From the NCBI GenBank assembly GCA_963664815.2, contig CAXXHB010000003.1, positions 512,001-576,000 of the forward strand: a stretch of 64,000 nucleotides of DNA, in the 5' to 3' direction. This document shows positions 50,516 through 60,700 of this stretch, piece by piece. Below the pieces are notes generated by a model. That model saw only the letters and a list, made by a program, of their open reading frames with translations, had not been told where the DNA came from and searched no databases. Source of the DNA: Spirochaetota bacterium (GTDB taxonomy: Bacteria > Spirochaetota > UBA4802 > UBA5550). The position numbers were made by a program, and so were the translations under genes. Every line of letters starts with the position of its first letter. The first letter of the stretch is position 1.

Positions 50516-51700
50516 GTGAAAAAAATATATTATGCTATATCAATTATCCTGTTCTTTTCATTTAATGCGTATGCCTATCAATTGTCATGGAATATGTCAA
50601 AAGATGAGCGGATAGAAATGGTAAAAACTGCCGGTATAAAATATTATATTAATGCAAAACTGAGCAGAATATATGAAGAGCGGAATATTATTGATATTAC
50701 ATGCAGTGATAAGTCTGATAAGCTGAACAGGGTTCATGGAGTTTTTTCGGTCCATGAAAAGGATTATGATGAGAAGGTGTTCAGGCTTGTGAACCGGTAT
50801 ATGGTGGATTTTCTTATTGAGCCGTCAGGAAAGTTTATTGTAAAGAAAGAGGATTATATGCCGAACCTGCGCAATATCCCCTCTTTCCCTGAAAAAGAGG
50901 TTAATGTTAAGGACAGGTGGAGCGCTGATGGTGAAATGATACTTGATAATTTTTCAAAGCCATTTAAGCTGACATTCCCCGTTGAGTATATTCTTGTAAA
51001 AATAATAAAAGATAATGAGAAGGATATAGCTGTAATAAACTATTATTATTCGGTAAATATTGATATGTCAGGGCCAGGTTATCCTGATGATTTCCCTGTA
51101 AGAATTGCAGGAGAAAATAAAGGGGTGCTGTACTGGGACCTTGAAAGTAACAAACCGAGAGATATCCAGGATGCTTATCAGATAGCATTTATATTCGCCA
51201 CCGGAGGAAAGACTCTCGCGTCAACAGAATTTCATATGAATATAAAAACCGAGAACCGTATGTATAAAAACTTTACATCGAAGCAGAAAGAGACAGCGAA
51301 GGAGGAGCTTCAGAAAGAGCTTCCCGAGGGTGTTGATGCAGACGTCGATAAACGGGGTCTGGTGGTAAGGATGAACGATCTTCTGTTTGATTTAAATTCG
51401 CATACTTTAAGAAATGACACAAGGGATAAACTTGATAAAATCGCTGATATTATTAAAAAGAAATATCCGGACAGAGAAATTTCCGTAGAAGGCTATACTG
51501 ACAACAGCGGAGAAAATCCTTATAACCAGGCTCTTTCAGAAAAACGGGCAAAGAAGGTTTCGGAATATCTTAAATCAAAAAGTGGTCATGACAAGTTTTC
51601 ATATAAGGGTTTTGGCCCTGAGAATCCCATAGGAGATAATTCAACGGAGGAGGGGAGAAGTAAAAACCGGAGAGTAGAAATTATAATAAAGCTGAACTGA
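50516..51700 (+). CDS. OmpA-family peptidoglycan-binding protein
   Basis: GTG 50516 after GGAG gives a signal peptide; C-terminal LLFD, EGYTD, LSEKRA and NRRVEI. Confidence 0.88.
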   Translation: MKKIYYAISIILFFSFNAYAYQLSWNMSKDERIEMVKTAGIKYYINAKLSRIYEERNIIDITCSDKSDKLNRVHGVFSVHEKDYDEKVFRLVNRYMVDFLIEPSGKFIVKKEDYMPNLRNIPSFPEKEVNVKDRWSADGEMILDNFSKPFKLTFPVEYILVKIIKDNEKDIAVINYYYSVNIDMSGPGYPDDFPVRIAGENKGVLYWDLESNKPRDIQDAYQIAFIFATGGKTLASTEFHMNIKTENRMYKNFTSKQKETAKEELQKELPEGVDADVDKRGLVVRMNDLLFDLNSHTLRNDTRDKLDKIADIIKKKYPDREISVEGYTDNSGENPYNQALSEKRAKKVSEYLKSKSGHDKFSYKGFGPENPIGDNSTEEGRSKNRRVEIIIKLN

Positions 51701-51984
51701 TTTTAAAATATTTCTTTTAAATATGCAAGACATTTTATTTTTCCATTAGAAACATATTCATGAATTGTTTGTGAAATGAATCTGTTATATTAGTACATCA
51801 ACATGGATAAAATAGAGCAAAATGGCATTCTCACTGTTAAACGACGGGTTTTTTGTTTATACCTGATATTTTTTTTAATGGACTTTCAGATATAAAAAAT
51901 AAAAAATTCATATTATATATCATAATACAACACTGCTTGTTTTTATATTAATACATTATTGACCGGATCAGATCAGGGTTCTTT

Positions 51985-52848
51985 ATGGCAGAAAGAATAT
52001 TTACAGCATTATTATTTATAATTTTTGCTGTACCACTTGCAGGGCAAAGCGCTGATGATATTGAAGGAACACTTGAAGAAAATTTAAATCCACCTGCATT
52101 GCAGGAACTGATAGATTATAACCTGTCAAACAATACAACAAACGGTTTTTCTCCTCACAAACAAAATTACATTCTCCCTTTTACATATTCGGGGCTCTCT
52201 GAAAATGACGGACGCAAAAAATATGAGATAAAATTTCAGGTAAGCGTTAAACAGAGACTGCTTAAATTTTACGGCTGGGCATTCTATTTCGCATACACAC
52301 AGAAATCATTCTGGCAGGCTTACGATTTTAATGATTCACGCCCGTTCCGGGAAAATAATTTTAATCCCGAATTTTTTTTCCGCACCAGGATGTGGGGCGG
52401 ATTTCGTGTTGATACAGGGGCAGAACACGAATCCAACGGACAGGAACTCCCGGATTCAAGAAGCTGGAACAGGGTTTATATGACCCCTTACTTTGAGAAT
52501 GATTATATAATTGCCAGTGTAAAGGGATGGTATAGATTGAAAGAGAAAAGCAAAAAAAACGAAACTGATGTTGACGGAGATGATAACCCTGAGATTCTTA
52601 AATATTACGGCTATGGAGAATTGGGGGTTACAGTCAAATTTCCTGAACTGTACCGGATATACCTTTCATCCTATGTCCGCTTCAACCCCGCGTCCCGGCG
52701 TGGGGTGGCAGAGGTAAATATAACTGTGCCTTTGTCTTTGAACAGCATGAGTCTGATGGTGCAATACTGGGACGGATATGGTGAAAGCCTTATTGATTAT
52801 GATGTCAGACAGCGAAAATTCGGCCTGGGGTTAAATTTTACCAGATGA
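51985..52848 (+). CDS. pldA: outer membrane phospholipase A
   Basis: EIKFQVS, AYTQKSFWQ, SRPFRE, catalytic HESNG, SRSWNR and GYGESLIDY. Confidence 0.92.
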   Translation: MAERIFTALLFIIFAVPLAGQSADDIEGTLEENLNPPALQELIDYNLSNNTTNGFSPHKQNYILPFTYSGLSENDGRKKYEIKFQVSVKQRLLKFYGWAFYFAYTQKSFWQAYDFNDSRPFRENNFNPEFFFRTRMWGGFRVDTGAEHESNGQELPDSRSWNRVYMTPYFENDYIIASVKGWYRLKEKSKKNETDVDGDDNPEILKYYGYGELGVTVKFPELYRIYLSSYVRFNPASRRGVAEVNITVPLSLNSMSLMVQYWDGYGESLIDYDVRQRKFGLGLNFTR

Positions 52849-52884
52849 TATGCTCCGGAGAAAATCAAATACTGAAATGATTTT

Positions 52885-54969
52885 ATGAAATACCTATATC
52901 CTGTAATGGCAGGAGTTTTTTTACTTCTGTCAATAATGTTTTTCGCGTTTTTTCTTATGACGGCGGAAGCTGCGGAGTTTCCTGACAATCTGTTTTTCAG
53001 AAGTCTTGAACAGGGTTTTTCTTATGAATATCTTTATGCACTGAAAGACGGTAAAATATGGATAAAACCGAATACCGGGAATACAGGTGTTAAAGGGGAG
53101 TGGGGGCTCTTTAATAAAACCGGAGTCCCTTCCGGCAAAGAGGCTGCCTCTTTCACTGATACTGACAGGATTGTACAGTTTTCAACTGAAGGAACAATGA
53201 TAGCTGCAGTTTCAAGCCGTGGGAGATTCTATATATGGCAGCCGACATTCACGGGAGAGACTGTATGGCGTGATGAAACAGGCGCACCTTTTGAGGATGC
53301 CTTATATCTTCCTGAAAACAGGATCTGGTGCTTTTCCTTCAGCACTATGAGAGCTCCCTGGAAGAGAGAGACCCCCATGCATGAAAATGATATTGTATCA
53401 TACTGGGAGGATGCAGACGGAAATAAAACCGAGTTCGGATTCACAGCAACAATTTACTCCGTCACTAAGGACGGGCAGAGAATCAGATATACAGATACCG
53501 GACTGCCAACTTCGTGGAACAGGGCATTCACGTCGCCTGAACGCGGGAAATTTATCATAGAAAATATGAGCGCTTCAGCATCAACAGTTTTTGTCATTAA
53601 TAAAACAGGTAAGATGTATACAAGAATGCTCGATTTCGAACTTGAGGGGGGATGCCCTGCTTTGAGGTATGTTTACAATAGTGAGAAAAGAACTAAAGGT
53701 GACGATGTCGCCCCCCTTATGACATCTATCCGGACTCTTCCTCTTCCCGGCTGGCGTGAACAGGAACCTGTCAGAGAAGTACTCAATGATCAGAAAATGA
53801 AACATGGCAAAGCTGCCCTGACAAAGAAAATTACAATTCTTCTCACAGGTAAAGGGAATGCCGCGCGAGAACTGAGAGTTCAGGGACGCGATAGCAAAGG
53901 GAATTACGGATACTGGAAGAAGATGGTATCCGGCAGCAGATGGGAATTTGTTGTTACCGGAGAAAAATTCAGAGAAAGCGATATTATAAAAAATTATATG
54001 AGCAGGGCAGCTGAGGGTAAAACACTGGATATGAATTACACAGGTAAACTGATGAAATCCGGTGAAGCAGATCTGCATGTGGAACTTCTGGGATTTTATT
54101 ATTACAGCACCCCTGCTGTATTAAGGATTCATTTAAATAACAGGTTTTTTGATCTGAAATTTCATACGGTGGATCTGTGGAGCCCAACTGTTCAGAAAAA
54201 ATATTTTCCGGAGCTGATCGGAAGCCCTGACGGCGAACCAAAGCTGCTTCAGGGGACAATTGAATTTCCCGATAACATTCTTGATTCACCCGATCCTTAT
54301 ATAAAGAATATTGCTGATAATTATTTCCGGCAATTCAACAGGCAGCCTGTTGCTTTTACTGTAACCGCAGATGACAGGAGAGTATTTATCCGGAGCAAAA
54401 CTCTTCAGCGCAGTCTGGATAAAAAGATGGACTACGAATTTCGTGACTGCATTAAAATCGATCTGGTTAATGAGGATTACCACGGGAAATCTGATACTGA
54501 AGGCTTTTTTACATCGATAGCAGTTAATCCTGATCTTGAACTGATTTCAGACATTTCTGATATGACAAAAAAAGATGTACCGCTTTTATTTAAGCTTATT
54601 GAACTTAATCAGAATGCGCTGGATGAAATTCAAAACCGGAATAAAAATCTTAAGAGTGCAAGCTGTACATCGGGCTGTGTTTCGTTATGCATATTGCCGG
54701 TCTACTATATATTTAATGGATGTGTAAGTATAACAGGTCTGCCTCACTGGGATCTAAGCGGTTCTTCGCCCGGTATTGCTGAAAATGTTACACAGCTCGG
54801 AGGAGTCTCATACACAGGCGGGACACCACTTAAAGAATATGCGGCTATGAATCTCAATGAGGCTTTCAAAGATTCTGATGATTATAAACGGGCAGTTAAA
54901 ATAGTAAAAGATCGTTTATATAAACTGGATAAACTCTGTAAAGACCTGTCGGATAAGTCTGATAAATAA
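52885..54969 (+). CDS. exported hypothetical protein
   Basis: 694-aa ORF with a signal/TM N-terminus and beta-rich segments. Confidence 0.7.
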   Translation: MKYLYPVMAGVFLLLSIMFFAFFLMTAEAAEFPDNLFFRSLEQGFSYEYLYALKDGKIWIKPNTGNTGVKGEWGLFNKTGVPSGKEAASFTDTDRIVQFSTEGTMIAAVSSRGRFYIWQPTFTGETVWRDETGAPFEDALYLPENRIWCFSFSTMRAPWKRETPMHENDIVSYWEDADGNKTEFGFTATIYSVTKDGQRIRYTDTGLPTSWNRAFTSPERGKFIIENMSASASTVFVINKTGKMYTRMLDFELEGGCPALRYVYNSEKRTKGDDVAPLMTSIRTLPLPGWREQEPVREVLNDQKMKHGKAALTKKITILLTGKGNAARELRVQGRDSKGNYGYWKKMVSGSRWEFVVTGEKFRESDIIKNYMSRAAEGKTLDMNYTGKLMKSGEADLHVELLGFYYYSTPAVLRIHLNNRFFDLKFHTVDLWSPTVQKKYFPELIGSPDGEPKLLQGTIEFPDNILDSPDPYIKNIADNYFRQFNRQPVAFTVTADDRRVFIRSKTLQRSLDKKMDYEFRDCIKIDLVNEDYHGKSDTEGFFTSIAVNPDLELISDISDMTKKDVPLLFKLIELNQNALDEIQNRNKNLKSASCTSGCVSLCILPVYYIFNGCVSITGLPHWDLSGSSPGIAENVTQLGGVSYTGGTPLKEYAAMNLNEAFKDSDDYKRAVKIVKDRLYKLDKLCKDLSDKSDK

Positions 54970-55002
54970 AACGCTGGTTCAGCAGAGTTGAAACCAGCGT
55001 TT
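54969..55002. terminator. intrinsic terminator between convergent genes
   Basis: AAACGCTGGTT...AACCAGCGTTT stem flanked by A/T runs. Confidence 0.75.
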
Positions 55003-55028
55003 GTTTAAGTATATTTTATAAAGTAAAG

Positions 55029-56831
55029 TCAGGGTTTAATCACATCCGATAGTGTAAGGTCATCAGCTTTAAGAATCACGATGGTCTTGTCCTCTCTGTT
55101 GATATAAATGGATTTATCGAAGAAAGTAATAAAGGTATTCTGGTTTACCTTCTCAGATGATTTTGCTATGATTTTGAGGTCAGTGTTGAATTTAGCAAGA
55201 TAGAAATTTTCCTGCTCTTTAACTATAGCATATATATTACCATCTTTGATTTCTATAAAACTTCTCCAGAAAATATTATCCTCGCCGGTCTTTATCTCTT
55301 TCAGCGTTGTTCTGTCCAGAAGTGTCAGTCTGTGACCAGCCTTATGATCTCCTGTGTGTGTTATAACGGCTATTCCTCCCGAGAAAACATCATATCTTCT
55401 GCCGCAGATATTTGTTACAGGCGATTTGAAATCGACTTTTTTTGTCTGGGTATTTATCATGTACATTGTGTTGTTGTAATGACCACCTTCGAGATATTCT
55501 TTCACTTCAAGGTAGTAAATTTTAAGCCCGAATACTCCATCGCCCGAATTTTTGTCCTTGAGCGTATCCTCCCTTTTGTCGAGCTCTTTCTCTTTTTCCT
55601 TCAGTGTCTCCTCTTTCTTTTTCAACTCTTCATCTTTGAGAGGTGTTTTTTCTTCGGTCTTCTCTTTTTTTGTTTCTTCAGGTTTCTTTTTGTCTGTCTT
55701 CTTTTCTTCAGTTTTCTTGTCACCGGTGTCCTTTGTTGTTTCAGTTGTTTTACCTTTATCACCCTCACCGGTATCTGTTTTTTCTTTTTTTACCTCTTCC
55801 TCTTTTTTTATGGTTTCTTCTTCTTTCTTCTCTACAACCTTTTCCTCTTTTTTAACATCCTCTTCTTTTTTTACGATTTTCTTTTCGTCTTCAGTAACTT
55901 TTTTTTCCTCTTTTTTTACCTCTTCCTCTTTTTCCGTTATCTCTTTTTCCTTCTCTTTTCTTTTCTCAGGATCCTTAATTTTTGAAGTCTCTTCCTTCTC
56001 TTTTTTTATCTCTTCTTTTTTCTTTTCAGTTTCAGTTTTCTTCTCTTCTATCTTTTTTTTGTCATCAGCTACTTCTTTCTTCTTCTCTTCAATTTTCTTT
56101 TTATCTTCAACAATGTCTTTTTTCGATTTATCTATCTCTTTTTCTTTGATGGTTATCAGTTCGTCTGTAGATGTTTTATTGCCGCCATCTTTTTTTATCT
56201 CCTCTTTGACCTTGTCATCTGAGATTATAAATGGATCAATGCCGCCGATTTCCCCGCGTTTGCTCTCCTCTGTAAGCGGAATAACAATGGCAGTTTTACC
56301 AGGCCAGTCACTGTATCGTGTTGATATTCCCGCGTTCTTTTTTGTTAAATATTTGGTGACTGCTGCACTGTATTTTGATGAAAAATAATCTGTATTTCCC
56401 CTGTACAAAGCGTTGTAGTATGTAGTGTAAAGAGCAACCGCATCAGCCTCTTTCCCTGTGTATCCATACATACTTTCAAGATAGGCCGAGATCATTCTTC
56501 TGACATTCTGTATATGATCAACTCTGGCATCCTTATCTATAAAGAAGATGTCAGCGGAAAACTTTTCTTTATCATTTACTGCCAGAGCCCGCACGACGGA
56601 ATACTTCATATAATATTTAAAAGGGGTATCCGGTTCACCTTTTTTTACGGAATGAGAGAGCCTGTATCCGACAGATTTTATTTCACTGATGCTTTCAAAC
56701 TTACCCCCTTTTCCTGTATAGTTGGTAAAATTTACTTTTTTACTCTTTGATATTTCATCAATGTCTACCTCAATTGAAAAAAGTGAGGTAGTAAACAGCA
56801 GGATGATTACTGCAAATAAGTACTTTTTCAT
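55029..56831 (-). CDS. P83/100 family spirochaete protein
   Basis: ADIFFI...VDHIQNVRR.I..YL...YGY and WPGKT.IVIPL; central K/E-rich coiled coil; RBS AGGAG. Confidence 0.82.
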   Translation of the reverse strand: MKKYLFAVIILLFTTSLFSIEVDIDEISKSKKVNFTNYTGKGGKFESISEIKSVGYRLSHSVKKGEPDTPFKYYMKYSVVRALAVNDKEKFSADIFFIDKDARVDHIQNVRRMISAYLESMYGYTGKEADAVALYTTYYNALYRGNTDYFSSKYSAAVTKYLTKKNAGISTRYSDWPGKTAIVIPLTEESKRGEIGGIDPFIISDDKVKEEIKKDGGNKTSTDELITIKEKEIDKSKKDIVEDKKKIEEKKKEVADDKKKIEEKKTETEKKKEEIKKEKEETSKIKDPEKRKEKEKEITEKEEEVKKEEKKVTEDEKKIVKKEEDVKKEEKVVEKKEEETIKKEEEVKKEKTDTGEGDKGKTTETTKDTGDKKTEEKKTDKKKPEETKKEKTEEKTPLKDEELKKKEETLKEKEKELDKREDTLKDKNSGDGVFGLKIYYLEVKEYLEGGHYNNTMYMINTQTKKVDFKSPVTNICGRRYDVFSGGIAVITHTGDHKAGHRLTLLDRTTLKEIKTGEDNIFWRSFIEIKDGNIYAIVKEQENFYLAKFNTDLKIIAKSSEKVNQNTFITFFDKSIYINREDKTIVILKADDLTLSDVIKP

Positions 56832-57172
56832 TTTAGTCTCCTGAATAATGATAAATAACGGTCACAAAGGGCTTTGCTGAAGCATATTGTCAGATGGCCC
56901 TATGAAAACACTATTTATATAATGCCCATTTAAGAGGCTTGCTGGAGTTAATATACTCAATAAGATAATATTACAACAAAAAATTTTAATAATATTTGAA
57001 GTTGCAGCCCTGCAAAATATACTGTGAGCTGATTTCCTACCATGTATTTTATGTTGGGCTTAACAGAGAAAACGTACACTAACGTAATTTAAATTGTGCA
57101 TCAACTGAATCAGATGCAAATCACGGTAGATTTATGATAAATTCCAGGCTATCTTCACAGAAAAGTCAATTT

Positions 57173-57297
57173 CGCTTCAATTCCGCCTCAAACATCTTAC
57201 TGACAGTTACGAACACGCATTTTTCTCTGTCGGTAACGGTATTGAAACGGTATTGAAGCGGTTTTTAACAGGATCTTCATACCGCTTAAGTCCTGTT
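57173..57297. repeat. 11-bp tandem and inverted repeat cluster
   Basis: CGGTATTGAAR at 57237 and 57248, a degenerate third copy, and inverted copies at 57173-57191 and 57275-57287. Confidence 0.6.
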
Positions 57298-57542
57298 TTA
57301 ACAGATTTACTTTTATCTTTTACTGAATTAATATCATTCTTTTCAGTTAATTAATTGGTAAATGATAAAGTAGTAAAGCTTTGAAAAGCGGGTAACAGGA
57401 TTCAAAACGCTCAAAATGGAGTGTTTTTTTGCATCAGCGGCATACCCAAAAGGCTTTCTACTTGACGTGATATTTTGTTTTTAATAAATAGAATGAATAT
57501 TTTTATTATTCAATTTACCATCCAGGGGCATTATATTTAATT

Positions 57543-58175
57543 ATGGCAAGAACAAAGGCATATCTCTTTGATTTTGATGGTACACTCGTTGATACAATGT
57601 CAGGTTTTGCAGACATTGCGGCGAGGGTAATTAACCAGTTTAATCCTGAAATAACGCGTGACAAAGCCAGAGAGAGGTATCTTGAAACATCGGGGAATCC
57701 GTTTTTTCAACAGCTGGAGATTATTACTCCGGGAGATCCCAACAATAAAGAGAAGGCGAGGATTTTTGAGGAAACCAAAATTGAAGGTTTCTTTAACTCC
57801 TATTTTACTACGGAAGTAAAGGATACAATAAATATGCTCAGGGCGCAGGGGCATATAGCCGGTATAGCATCAAATAATTTTCAGGAACTTATTGACAGGT
57901 TTGTCGCCAGCGAAAAACTTGATTTTGACATTGTACTTGGTTTCAGAGAGGGTTTTGAAAAGGGTCCCATGCATTTTAATTATGTAAGGGAGAGGTTCAA
58001 CCTGGAAAAAGAGGATCTTACGTTTGTGGGTGATTCTCTCAAAGATGCGGAGAAGGCATTTTCCTACGGCATAAGATTTGTAGGCATATGCGGTACTTTT
58101 AAGAGAAGTGATTTTCTGAAAGTGCGCAGTGATATTGTAACTATTCAATCTATAAAGGAACTATTATACATATGA
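57543..58175 (+). CDS. HAD family hydrolase
   Basis: FDFDGTLVD, ASN, K and VGDS..D motifs. Confidence 0.9.
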   Translation: MARTKAYLFDFDGTLVDTMSGFADIAARVINQFNPEITRDKARERYLETSGNPFFQQLEIITPGDPNNKEKARIFEETKIEGFFNSYFTTEVKDTINMLRAQGHIAGIASNNFQELIDRFVASEKLDFDIVLGFREGFEKGPMHFNYVRERFNLEKEDLTFVGDSLKDAEKAFSYGIRFVGICGTFKRSDFLKVRSDIVTIQSIKELLYI

Positions 58176-58906
58176 GAGCGATTGTACTTGCTGCAGGAAC
58201 AGGAAGCAGGCTTGGCGAGATTACAAAGGCCAGAACAAAGGGGATGGTTCCCGTAAAGGGGAAAAAACTGATTGATTATCTCCTTGAGTTTTTTGAAAGG
58301 GATTTCTTTGATGAGATCATCGTAGTGGGGGGGTTCTGCTATGAAGACCTTAAAAACCACATTGAATCTTTGAATTACAGGAATGTAAGAGTAATAGAGA
58401 ATAAAAATTATCTCAAGGGGAACATCTTCACTCTTGTTACAGCCCTTAATGAATTCAAAAACGACTCGTTTTTAATAACAAACGTTGATCATATATACCC
58501 TCCGGTGATGTTTAAAAAGATGAAGGAGTCGATGTCCGGCATCACCGGGATGTGCGATTTTGACAGGGAGCTTGGGATGGATGACATGAAGGTCAAGCTT
58601 GGAGACAATAAGCATAAAATTGAGTTTATCAGTAAACAGCTGACCGATTTTGACTGCGGATATATCGGTATGACTTATGTTGATATAACCTGCGAAAGCT
58701 ATTACAGGGCATCTGTTGAGAATACTATTGGTAAGGTGGGTGAAAAGGCTGTAGTTGAAAATGTTCTTCAGCTTATGTCGGAGGAGGGAGTTAACTCTCC
58801 GAATATCTGTGATCTTTCAGGTTTCGGCTGGTACGAGGTTGATACATGGGAAGATCTTCAGAAGGCCGAAGCCGGCCTTTCTAAAGACCAGAATTTTATT
58901 AAATGA
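58172..58906 (+). CDS. nucleotidyltransferase (LicC/IPCT-like cytidylyltransferase)
   Basis: LAAGTGSRLG...K, NVDH and WYEVDT.EDL; ATGA overlap with the HAD gene. Confidence 0.82.
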   Translation: MRAIVLAAGTGSRLGEITKARTKGMVPVKGKKLIDYLLEFFERDFFDEIIVVGGFCYEDLKNHIESLNYRNVRVIENKNYLKGNIFTLVTALNEFKNDSFLITNVDHIYPPVMFKKMKESMSGITGMCDFDRELGMDDMKVKLGDNKHKIEFISKQLTDFDCGYIGMTYVDITCESYYRASVENTIGKVGEKAVVENVLQLMSEEGVNSPNICDLSGFGWYEVDTWEDLQKAEAGLSKDQNFIK

Positions 58907-59421
58907 GGTTTCGTATGTCTCACAGTTTGGTATATTACGGAAGTGAAATTCTTGCGGCTGTAGCAGAGAGAGTGGATAATATTGACGATGATGTTGTCTC
59001 CATTGTTAAGGAGATGTTTGACATAATGTACAGGGAAAAGGGTATAGGTCTTGCCGCTCCGCAGATAAGTATTGCAAGAAGGATTATTGTTATTGATACA
59101 GACGAAGACCGGAGAAGTAAACTGGCCCTTATCAACCCGGAGATAAAGGAATTTTCCAACAGGGTTGAACCGTATGAGGAGGGATGTCTTTCACTGCCCG
59201 GGCTTAACGCGGATGTAATAAGACCAGTTGAAATTCTTGTAACAGGGTTCACTACTAAAGGGGAAGCGGTTGAAGTTGAAGCATCCGGACTGGTTGCCAG
59301 AGTATTGCAGCACGAGATCGATCATCTTAACGGAATACTCTTCATCGACAGAATTGAGAAGTATATAAAGGATGAGTTCAGGACTGAACTTAAAAAGATA
59401 AAGAAACTGAACAAAAAGTAA
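58903..59421 (+). CDS. def: peptide deformylase
   Basis: GIGLAAPQ, EGCLS and QHEIDHL. The start may be 58915. Confidence 0.96.
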   Translation: MRFRMSHSLVYYGSEILAAVAERVDNIDDDVVSIVKEMFDIMYREKGIGLAAPQISIARRIIVIDTDEDRRSKLALINPEIKEFSNRVEPYEEGCLSLPGLNADVIRPVEILVTGFTTKGEAVEVEASGLVARVLQHEIDHLNGILFIDRIEKYIKDEFRTELKKIKKLNKK

Positions 59422-59445
59422 ATACATGTTTTGACGGAAAAGATG

Positions 59446-59697
59446 TGTGGATAGTGAATATGTTTGCTTCGACGAAGCGGCTGGCGAGCCTGTCGAACTA
59501 CAGCAAGCGTGTGGGCAGGGTATGTGCATGATTTGACAGAGCGGCTGGTGAGCTTGTCGAACTACAGTAAAAGCGCGGGTAGTGTATGTGCATGCTTCGA
59601 CTCCGCTCAGCAAGCGTGTGGGCAGTGAGCTTTTGAATTCATGTGTGGGATGCTCATCAAGCGGCTTGTACCGAGCGTAGCCGAAGTAAGTCGAAAT
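59446..59697. repeat. REP-like palindromic repeat cluster with ~64-bp period
   Basis: AGCGGCTGGYGAGCYTGTCGAACTACAG at 59476 and 59540; GCTTCGACTCCGCTCAG with an inverted partner CCGAGCGTAGCCGAAG. Confidence 0.75.
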
Positions 59698-59770
59698 GAG
59701 CGGTTTATGATTCGGAAGATGGCTTTTAATTTGTAACAGAGAAATATGCAGTGATAAAACAACAGGTAAT

Positions 59771-60700
59771 ATGAAAGTAGGATTTTTCGGTACACCGGAC
59801 ATAGCGTCACATGTATTACAGAGATTGTGCAGGGAACACGAGGTGGTGTTTCTTGTCGCGCCTGAGGATAAAAGGTGCGGCAGAAACCTGAAGGTGCAGC
59901 ATTGCTCTTCAAAGGAACTTGCCGCATGTGAGGATATTCCTGTACTTCAGCCGAAAAGCCTGAAAAACACTGAGTTTCCTGAAGAACTGAAACAGTACAG
60001 TGCCGATATATTTGTCGTTGTAGCTTATGGGAAGCTCATTCCTCGGGCTGTCTTTGCGCTTCCTGAACTCGGTACAATAAATCTTCATCCATCTCTGCTC
60101 CCACAGTACCGGGGAGCCGCCCCTGTCGAGTGGGCCATCATGAACGGGGAGAAGGAGACCGGTGTAACAGTTCAGATGATAAACGAGGAACTTGACGCTG
60201 GAGATATAGTGCTTCAGGAGAAAATAGAACTCAGCGAAAATATAAACTCCGGTGAGCTCTATGATCTGGTGATGCCACTGGGAGAGAAACTGGTTATGAA
60301 GTCGATGGAACTGCTTTCGCAGGGCAACCATAAACTTATTCCTCAGGATCATGTTAAGGCAACTTACTGCGCGAAAATTGACAGAGAGACAGCGCATATT
60401 ACGTGGAGTAAAAGTTCATCCGGAATACATAACCTGGTTCGCGGATTAAACCCGAAACCTGCGGCATGGACTACTTTCAGAAAAATGAACATGAAGATAT
60501 GGAGAACGCTCCCGTTTACTGAAGAGGCACCAGAACTTCAGCCCGGAGAGGTAATGAAGTTTAACAAAAAGAGACTTCTTGCAGGTTCCGGAAGCGGTAT
60601 AATTGAGATTCTCGAAATTCAGCCTGAAAATAAAAAGAGAATGGACGCACTTGCATTTATAAACGGCTACAGGCTTGCTGAAAAGGAATTTTTTGAGTAA
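59771..60700 (+). CDS. fmt: methionyl-tRNA formyltransferase
   Basis: FFGTP, VVAYG, NLHPSLLPQYRGAAP and LDAGD. Confidence 0.96.
   Translation: MKVGFFGTPDIASHVLQRLCREHEVVFLVAPEDKRCGRNLKVQHCSSKELAACEDIPVLQPKSLKNTEFPEELKQYSADIFVVVAYGKLIPRAVFALPELGTINLHPSLLPQYRGAAPVEWAIMNGEKETGVTVQMINEELDAGDIVLQEKIELSENINSGELYDLVMPLGEKLVMKSMELLSQGNHKLIPQDHVKATYCAKIDRETAHITWSKSSSGIHNLVRGLNPKPAAWTTFRKMNMKIWRTLPFTEEAPELQPGEVMKFNKKRLLAGSGSGIIEILEIQPENKKRMDALAFINGYRLAEKEFFE

Noticed and set aside
55332-56388. Long + strand Phe/Ser-rich ORFs (217 and 278 aa)
   Set aside because: Antisense shadows of the K/E low-complexity tract in the P83/100 gene.
59446-59697. Possible CRISPR array
   Set aside because: Only two or three degenerate units, non-unique spacers and no cas genes.
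59191-59927. Minus-strand ORFs of 203 and 106 aa across the def-fmt gap
   Set aside because: They overlap def or fmt antisense, run through the repeat array and have no recognisable motifs.
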